This document shows, one piece after another, positions 55,871-62,332 of a stretch of DNA of 62,332 bases. The notes beneath the pieces were generated by a model. The model saw nothing but the letters and a program-made list of their open reading frames with translations. It was not told where the DNA came from and made no database searches. The translations under genes were made by a program, and so were the position numbers. Position 1 is the stretch's first letter, and each line of letters opens with the position of its first letter. The stretch comes from an uncultured Candidatus Saccharibacteria bacterium. GTDB taxonomy: Bacteria; Patescibacteriota; Minisyncoccia; Phycocordibacterales; UBA918. The stretch is from the NCBI GenBank assembly GCA_964350645.1, contig CAYGJY010000001.1:1-62332 (forward strand). The letters are read 5' to 3'.

Positions 55871-58800
55871 ATGAAATTCTACCTGTCACAAACAAAAACA
55901 TTCTGGGCTCTCGTGCTTGTTTTTGTGGCAGGTTTTTTTGCCCTCACTACCTTGGTTGCGAACGCGACACCCAATCAGCAAATTAATTATCAGGGGAAAT
56001 TAACGGATGCAACCGGGGCTGCTGTTGCAGACGGAACGTACAACATGAGGTTCTGGCTGCTCTCGTCAGCAACTATCTCAACCACGACACCTGAGTGGAC
56101 AGAAGAGCTTACTGGTGTTGATCGAGTACAAGTCACTAATGGCTTGTTCAGTGTCATGCTCGGCTCGTCAACGCCCTTCACTGGAGTCGACTTTAACCAA
56201 ACGCTGTACCTTGGAGTTGAGATCGGTGGTGTCGGCGGGTCGCCAACATGGGATGGTGAAATGAGTCCTCGGAAAATTCTTGGCATGGTGCCAGCTGCTT
56301 TTGAGGCTCAACAACTCGACGGTCTAGCTACCACGTCATTTTTGCGAGCTGATGCCGATGATACTGCCAGCGGTCAGTTAACCTTTACAGGGAACACAAC
56401 GTTTGCGACAAGTACGTTCACCCTCGCCAGTTCAACGGTGTATCGGCTTAGTGGAGATGATCTTACGGATTTTACGGGCAGCGGTTTGGTGTTGTCGAGT
56501 GGGGCATTGACCGTCAACGTTAGTGAGAACAATTTAAATATTCTCGCCGGACCAATTGATGGGTATGTATTGCAAGCATCATCAACGGCGGCAGGCGGCT
56601 TTGTCTGGCAGGCGACGTCAAGTCTTGGGTTTGTGGCTGGCGAAGAAGTGACGTTGGCAGGAGAGGATTACTTGTCGTTATCAGGTCAAGAAATCACAGC
56701 CAACGCAATTGACCCTGATAATCTTTCGGCGAGTGACTTCGGTGACTTTACCTGTAACGGGACAAACTGTTCGCTTGATACTGATTCGGTTTCAGACAAT
56801 GAAATTGATTATCTGACAGTTACTCTCAGTGACTTTAACAATGACGCTAACTTCATTGAGGACATTACTGGATCAAGTTTCTATGACCTGGCTGACACAC
56901 CAGCTGGTTTCACGGCTAATCGAATTTTGTATCAGGGGGGTTCACAAGTGACTGATTCTGCCAACTTCACCTTCAACGGCACTACCTTCAGTGCACCAAC
57001 CAGTACGCTCTCAGGCCGTCTCACCATGAGCGGCTCAGTCGCTAACATCGCCCTTGGTTCCAACTGGCTCTCCGGCGACGGCGATGATGAGGGGATATTT
57101 GTTGACGGGAGTGGAAACGTGGGGATCGGAACGACGACACCAAATAGTTTACTGACAGTGTGGGGTGATTTCCGGGTGGGAACGTCACTGGTGCCAAGTT
57201 TCATGGTGGCGCCTGGTAGTGCGCGAGTGGCGATTGGTACCAGTACAGACAATACGTCAAAATTATTTAGTATCTATAATGGAGATCAGGAGTTAATTCA
57301 AGGAGTGCCAACAAAAGTCGGTGGTCTTTCAAATGGACAGTCAGTCGTTGATATTCATATTCGCGGTAAGTATCTTTATTCAGTCAGTGCGGGGGGCTCT
57401 ACATTTGTCTACGATATTTCAGATCCGGAAACACTTTCATTTGTCAGTTCTGCAAACCCTGCCGTGACTCTGATGGGTGGCCAATATGGATATGGCTGGA
57501 GCGGTAGCGATGTGCAGGTGATTTCACTCGCTGATCCAGCGAACCCTACTACTACAGCTTCAGTAGCAGCAGCTGATGCAATATCAAGTATGGAACTCGC
57601 TGGTCAGTACTTGTACGTAATAAGTGGTACAACAGGTGATGATTTAGAAATTTTTGATGTTGGAAATCCGCGTGAGCCAGTCAAGGTGGGAGGCGTCAGT
57701 TTTGCTGGACCAGCTTCCGGGGGAGTGTTGGTTGACGGCAACTATGTGTATGTTGGAGTTAATGGATCGAGTGATCGAGTAGTTGTCTTCGATGTGTCTG
57801 ATCCAACGAATCCAACCGAGGTTGATTTTTATCAAGCTGCAGCACAAACCCATACAGTGCCAGCGATTAGCGATAACCACCTCTTTGTGGGAGTGATAAC
57901 ACTCAATGAGCTGCATATTCTTGACATCACTGACCCAGCCAATATGTCTTTTGTTGCCAGTACAACTCTTGGAGGTTCAGTTAATGAGATAGAAATTGTT
58001 AACAATACTGCATATATTGGTACTGGAAACAATGAAGTAGAAATTTTTGACATTACTGATATCACCAGTCCAACTAAGATCACGGAATTTTCCGTCGGCG
58101 CGTCAGTGGGGGCGCTTACGTTTAACGGGTCATACTTATATGTTGGATCACACGTCCAAAACGATGAAATAGAAATTTTTGATATCGCTTCGGTTAAAGC
58201 ACCAGCGGCAGAATTTGGGGACTTACTGGCTAATCGGATTAGCGGTGAGTATTTATATTCTGAATCCGCAGTATTGAGGGATACATTGATCGTTGGTTCA
58301 AATACTTCAATTGGTGGGGCACTTTCAATTGCTGGCACAAGTAGCTCTACGTTGTCTATGCTTACTCCAGCGTTGAGTGTATTGAATGGGGCGGTCTCTC
58401 TCGGTACAACATCAACCGCTTTCGGCCTCAACGTCCTTACCTCTGGCACCAGCGGCTTCTTCGGCATCGGGAACACTGTGGCTGGCGAGTACTTCTCTGT
58501 AGATACCAACGGCAACATCGGCATCGGTTCGACCACCCCAAACAGCAAACTCACCGTCGCGGGCTCAGGCTACTTCGGGGGCAACCTGCGCGCTACTGGC
58601 ACGGTGCAGTTTGATGCGCTAACAAGCCCAGCGGGGGCGGCTGGTATCCTAATCACTGATGTTAATGGTGTGGTTAGCACCACCTCAACTTCTTCTCTCG
58701 GCATCACCTTCACTGAAACCAATAGCCTTGAAACTATCGCCACCGGCATCGCCAATAACGAAATCTTCATCGGAACTGGCGCTAGTACTGGTAACTACGT

Positions 58801-61800
58801 GACCCTGAGTGGCGACGCCACCTTAGCTAACACCGGCGCTCTTACCTTAGCGTCGAGCATTACCAGTGTTACTAGTCTAGCCAACCTCGCCACGGTGGGT
58901 GCCTTAAACGCTGGCTCTATCACCAGCGGCTTTGGCAACATTGACATCGGTGCCTCTAACCTTGATGCAGACGGCACCATTACCTTTGGTGGTTTGACTA
59001 GTGGTCTGCTCTTAGCGAATGGTAGCGGGGTACTTTCAGCGGTTGCGACCAATACTCTCGGTATTGCCATTGGTGACACTACCGGCACGCTCGCCGCGAC
59101 CCGGGGTGGTACCGGTCTCTCTACCATCACCGAAAACCAACTGCTGATTGGTGGTGCGGGGAATACGTGGAGTCAGATTGCGACTGGGACACTAGGGCTT
59201 GGAAATGGTACGTTCTTAGGGCTGTCTGATACGCCTAATTCGTACACTGCGAATGCCATCATGTTTGCGAGTAGTACCGGGACATCGCTGACACAATCGA
59301 GCTCATTGACATATGATGGAACAGGCTTACGAATAGGAGAACTAGAATTGATCCGAGATACGCTTTTATCAGTTCATGACAGCCGAAATGGTAGTGGTGG
59401 TCGACTTGCTTCAACGAGTGTAGCCTTAACAAATGTGTCAACACTAACAGGTGTAAATAAGTCAGGAGATGGGGTTTTAATTAGTGAACTTAATACTGGT
59501 TCTTTTGGCGGAGTTGTTAGCGGAAATGCTTTTGAGGTAATACGTGATAATTATTCAACAGGTGGTAGTTTTACCGTGAGTGGGGCAATGGCTAGTTTTA
59601 TCGATACGTGTGTATCGCCTTTTGGATCGTGTATCTCCTCAGCCGATGTGCTCCGATTGTCAGCTAGTTCGACCCAAAACACCGGCTCGGCTCTCAATAT
59701 CACAACTGCTTCTACTAACGGCGGCTTTGTCTTCCGGGCAAACGACGATGGTACGTTCACCGATACTACGCCGACAGTGATTACTCAGACAGGTAATGTG
59801 GGAATCGGCACCACCTCACCGGCAAGCAAACTGGATGTCTGGGGTGACTTCCGCGTGGGGACGAGTAGTACACCATTGATCTTAGCAGATACTGCGAATC
59901 AAAGTTTACAAATAAATGGGGGAGACTCAGGAACTATCATGGGAATTGCGCGACCAGATGGTAAAACAAGCGTTGCACTCGGACTGTCAGTTAATGGTAA
60001 CGATGGCGGAAAAGCCTTTAACATATACGAGCGAGATAACATGAATGATGTGTTTTCCATAGACACTTTTGGGGGGATAAATGCTTATGGAGAGTCGTTT
60101 TTTGAAGACAATGTCGGTATTGGCTCTAGTACCCCAAGTAGTAAACTCACCGTCGCTGGCGACTCCTGGATTACTGGTGCCTTCCGGGATAGTTCAGGCG
60201 ATGTTGGTACCAATGGTCAAGTGTTACTTTCAACTATTACGGGTACCAACTGGACCAGTACCTCGAGTTTGGGTATTGGCGGTGGTAGCTCAGTCACCTT
60301 CGGTACTGATAATCAAATTCCATTCACCAACGCTGGCGGCACTGACTACGATTACTCAGCCAACTTTACGTTCGACGGTACCAACCTTGGCCTGGCTGGC
60401 ACCACCGGGCTTCTCTTTGGTGGTGACGCACTGCTTTCACGAGGTGCAGCTGATCGTCTTGACTTAGCGACAGGTGACTCACTTAACTTAGTCTCTGGTG
60501 CATTACGAGTTGGAAACACTGATGTGGTTACCTCTGGTCGCTTACTACGTGGAGCCAATGGTGATGCTACTACTCCAGCCTTCTCATTTAGCGCTGATAC
60601 TAATACAGGTATCTTTGGTGAGGGTGACACACTAAATTTTTCAACTGGTGGTAATGAATGGATGGAAATTGACGCAAATGGAAACATTGGTTTGGCAACT
60701 CAGCCTATTGTTGACAGTATCACTTTCGGGAAAGACATACTATTTACCTCTGGGAGTGATCGAAGTATCTCTAATCAAAATAGCAGTGGTGCTGATTTAA
60801 CAATTAGCGCTGGTTCGGGTGGACCGTTTAGTGATGGAGGAAGTTTGTATTTGTATGGTGGTGTTGTTGGGCCGTTAGGCAATAGGGATGGAGATGTTAT
60901 TCTTGCAAATAATGGCACAGCTCAGATTGGAAATGTCGGCATTGGCACCACCTCACCATCAAGCAAACTCGATGTCTGGGGAGATTTCCGGGTGGGGACG
61001 AGTAGCGTGCCAATTTTAGAAGTTAATCCAAACAATGCATTCAAAATTATAGTTGCTGGTCAGGGTGCTGTTGATGGTGCGTTTCAAATTAATGATACAG
61101 GAAATACTTCGGGGTATGGTTTCAATTTAAACCGTGATGATATTTTCACCCAAACCAATTACGATGCAATTTCAAGTAATTTAGTTTCAACAGGGGGTAC
61201 ACTTTCTAGTAATACTACTGTTAGAAACAATTATGCAGAATCTTTTTTTGACGGAACGGATATAAACGCAGCTGTAACACTTACGTCTGTCGGCTATGAT
61301 ACTGAGCTCTATATGGCAACTGCAGCAGGCGGCGCCGATGCATCAAGTTTACAGAATTTTTATGGTAATAGATCAATTATTTATGGTGAGACAATCGGCA
61401 CGACTGTTGGCTACGGCTACTACGCCGACGTCGCTGGCGCTGACACCAACTACTCGTTTTATGCTGCAGCCGGCAACGCCTACTTCGCTGACAACGTGGG
61501 CATCGGCTCAAGTACCCCATCTTCTAAACTCACCGTCGCTGGCGATACATATATAGGTGGAAACCTCCGCGCGACTGGCACGGTGCAGTTTGATACACTC
61601 ACCAGCGGCCTTCTACGTGCTAACAGCAGCGGCGTGCTTTCCGCGGTCGCGACTAATACTCTTGGTATCGCGATTGGTGACACTACCGGTACGCTAGCAG
61701 TGAACCGTGGTGGTACAGGCCTCACTACCTTTGGGGGCAACAATACTGTGTTGTATACCACCGCTGCTGATACCCTGGCTTCAGATACCAATTTCACTTT

Positions 61801-62332
61801 CAACGGTAGCAACCTAGTGCTTGGCGGTACCACGGGTATCTCACTCGGTGGTGATGTGCTCCTCTCTCGCGGCGCCACCAACCGCCTAGACTTGGCGACC
61901 GGTGACTCGCTCAACCTAGTCTCCGGTGCTCTACAAGTCGGTGCCACTACTGTAGTTGATTCTTCTCGCCGCATCTTCACCGCTAACGGTGCTGTTGGTG
62001 CTGGTACCCTGGCCTACTCTTTCTCTGCTGACACCAACACCGGTCTTTACGGCACTGGCTCGGACGTCTTAGGCTTTGTGACGGGGGGTAGTGAGCGAGC
62101 GCGGATAACGAGCACCGGCAATGTCGGCGTCGGTACCACCGCGCCAGTCGGGCGGTTATCGGTCTCCTCAGCGAGTTTGGCGACCACGTGGCAATTGATT
62201 GGGTCATCCTCGAGTGTTCCAGTTATTAGTATCCCTGCTCTCACCACCCTTAGCCCTAATCGCATTGCTTTCATTGATGCTAATAACGACGACCTTCGCG
62301 TCTACGAATTTAATGGCTCGACCTGGAGTGAA
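55871..62332 (+). CDS. giant secreted/surface repeat protein, N-terminal 2154 codons (open to the window end)
   Basis: Absent from the ORF track because it has no stop in the window. ATG 55871 lies 3 nt after the upstream stop, with AAGGTG 8 nt upstream. I translated 55871 to about 59820 by hand without meeting a stop. I also checked the frame at 57122, 59801 and the last codon 62330-62332. N-terminus MKFYLSQTKTFWALVLVFVAGFFALTTLVANA. Seven LVIVD-like repeats, then many GIGTTxPxSKLxV modules. All listed minus-strand ORFs here are antisense artefacts. Confidence 0.8.
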   Translation, partial: MKFYLSQTKTFWALVLVFVAGFFALTTLVANATPNQQINYQGKLTDATGAAVADGTYNMRFWLLSSATISTTTPEWTEELTGVDRVQVTNGLFSVMLGSSTPFTGVDFNQTLYLGVEIGGVGGSPTWDGEMSPRKILGMVPAAFEAQQLDGLATTSFLRADADDTASGQLTFTGNTTFATSTFTLASSTVYRLSGDDLTDFTGSGLVLSSGALTVNVSENNLNILAGPIDGYVLQASSTAAGGFVWQATSSLGFVAGEEVTLAGEDYLSLSGQEITANAIDPDNLSASDFGDFTCNGTNCSLDTDSVSDNEIDYLTVTLSDFNNDANFIEDITGSSFYDLADTPAGFTANRILYQGGSQVTDSANFTFNGTTFSAPTSTLSGRLTMSGSVANIALGSNWLSGDGDDEGIFVDGSGNVGIGTTTPNSLLTVWGDFRVGTSLVPSFMVAPGSARVAIGTSTDNTSKLFSIYNGDQELIQGVPTKVGGLSNGQSVVDIHIRGKYLYSVSAGGSTFVYDISDPETLSFVSSANPAVTLMGGQYGYGWSGSDVQVISLADPANPTTTASVAAADAISSMELAGQYLYVISGTTGDDLEIFDVGNPREPVKVGGVSFAGPASGGVLVDGNYVYVGVNGSSDRVVVFDVSDPTNPTEVDFYQAAAQTHTVPAISDNHLFVGVITLNELHILDITDPANMSFVASTTLGGSVNEIEIVNNTAYIGTGNNEVEIFDITDITSPTKITEFSVGASVGALTFNGSYLYVGSHVQNDEIEIFDIASVKAPAAEFGDLLANRISGEYLYSESAVLRDTLIVGSNTSIGGALSIAGTSSSTLSMLTPALSVLNGAVSLGTTSTAFGLNVLTSGTSGFFGIGNTVAGEYFSVDTNGNIGIGSTTPNSKLTVAGSGYFGGNLRATGTVQFDALTSPAGAAGILITDVNGVVSTTSTSSLGITFTETNSLETIATGIANNEIFIGTGASTGNYVTLSGDATLANTGALTLASSITSVTSLANLATVGALNAGSITSGFGNIDIGASNLDADGTITFGGLTSGLLLANGSGVLSAVATNTLGIAIGDTTGTLAATRGGTGLSTITENQLLIGGAGNTWSQIATGTLGLGNGTFLGLSDTPNSYTANAIMFASSTGTSLTQSSSLTYDGTGLRIGELELIRDTLLSVHDSRNGSGGRLASTSVALTNVSTLTGVNKSGDGVLISELNTGSFGGVVSGNAFEVIRDNYSTGGSFTVSGAMASFIDTCVSPFGSCISSADVLRLSASSTQNTGSALNITTASTNGGFVFRANDDGTFTDTTPTVITQTGNVGIGTTSPASKLDVWGDFRVGTSSTPLILADTANQSLQINGGDSGTIMGIARPDGKTSVALGLSVNGNDGGKAFNIYERDNMNDVFSIDTFGGINAYGESFFEDNVGIGSSTPSSKLTVAGDSWITGAFRDSSGDVGTNGQVLLSTITGTNWTSTSSLGIGGGSSVTFGTDNQIPFTNAGGTDYDYSANFTFDGTNLGLAGTTGLLFGGDALLSRGAADRLDLATGDSLNLVSGALRVGNTDVVTSGRLLRGANGDATTPAFSFSADTNTGIFGEGDTLNFSTGGNEWMEIDANGNIGLATQPIVDSITFGKDILFTSGSDRSISNQNSSGADLTISAGSGGPFSDGGSLYLYGGVVGPLGNRDGDVILANNGTAQIGNVGIGTTSPSSKLDVWGDFRVGTSSVPILEVNPNNAFKIIVAGQGAVDGAFQINDTGNTSGYGFNLNRDDIFTQTNYDAISSNLVSTGGTLSSNTTVRNNYAESFFDGTDINAAVTLTSVGYDTELYMATAAGGADASSLQNFYGNRSIIYGETIGTTVGYGYYADVAGADTNYSFYAAAGNAYFADNVGIGSSTPSSKLTVAGDTYIGGNLRATGTVQFDTLTSGLLRANSSGVLSAVATNTLGIAIGDTTGTLAVNRGGTGLTTFGGNNTVLYTTAADTLASDTNFTFNGSNLVLGGTTGISLGGDVLLSRGATNRLDLATGDSLNLVSGALQVGATTVVDSSRRIFTANGAVGAGTLAYSFSADTNTGLYGTGSDVLGFVTGGSERARITSTGNVGVGTTAPVGRLSVSSASLATTWQLIGSSSSVPVISIPALTTLSPNRIAFIDANNDDLRVYEFNGSTWSE

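Noticed and set aside
55990-62274. About 20 listed minus-strand and off-frame ORFs (for example 57832..58554 at 240 aa, and 61480..61980 at 166 aa) that cover the right end of the window
   Set aside because: They all lie antisense to, or out of frame with, one uninterrupted plus-strand frame from 55871 to the window end. That frame encodes recognisable repeats (LVIVD-like, GIGTTxPxSKL). Their products are low-complexity P/S/V/A-rich mirror translations.
58500-62332. The possibility that repeat copies in the giant gene are a DGR template/variable-repeat pair
   Set aside because: No reverse transcriptase is in the window. The mismatches I compared by eye between copies (for example 59801 against 60940) involve all four bases rather than adenine-specific substitutions.
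1-62332. An alternative genetic code (UGA recoded, as in some CPR lineages)
   Set aside because: TGA ends murD (4457-4459) exactly at the coupled ATGA and ends the LtrA-like gene (2346-2348). Conserved proteins (SecA, MurC, GatB) are full length under the standard code.

Overview
This 62.3-kb window looks like a compact, small-genome bacterium using the standard genetic code (TGA terminates murD and the LtrA-like gene). Genes are tightly packed or overlapping. Gene content resembles Patescibacteria/CPR, but that is inference only; I could run no searches, and all family calls rest on motifs I recognise by eye. Recognisable housekeeping genes are tRNA-Ile(GAU), murD, murC, a short metK behind an S-box/SAM-I-like riboswitch, rsmI, murB, secA, obg and gatB. 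About 30 kb of envelope and glycan genes lie between them.

The most interesting parts are:

- **(1) Glycan operon block at about 25.4-46.8 kb.** It holds six GT4-type glycosyltransferases, a sulfotransferase-like gene and a fused ATP-sulfurylase/APS-kinase (PAPS synthase). It also carries a GMC oxidoreductase, a methyltransferase, two hexapeptide acetyltransferases, a Wzx-like flippase, two OafA-type acyltransferases and a Wzy_C/TPR protein. Together these predict a sulfated, acetylated, methylated surface glycan. Part of the block is a low-GC mosaic island. The island contains a 48-nt direct repeat and a 72-nt inverted repeat between paralogues.
- **(2) HTH genes and a giant ORF at the right edge.** Two paralogous, membrane-anchored excisionase/MerR-type HTH genes have look-alike promoters with 19-bp spacers. 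The second HTH gene is coupled to a giant ORF absent from the ORF track, more than 2154 codons long and open to the window end. That ORF encodes a signal peptide, seven LVIVD-like repeats and tail-fibre-like repeat modules.
- **(3) ATPase and surface protein pair.** A VirD4/TraG-like ATPase is translationally coupled to a surface protein with lamin-tail and PKD domains.
- **(4) Smaller oddities.** These include a split relic of the tRNA-Ile 3' half, a self-contained small-ORF transcription unit, a low-GC acidic ORF wedged between murD and murC, and a GC-rich DUF218-like gene bracketed by hairpins.

I saw no CRISPR array, rRNA, transposase or integrase.
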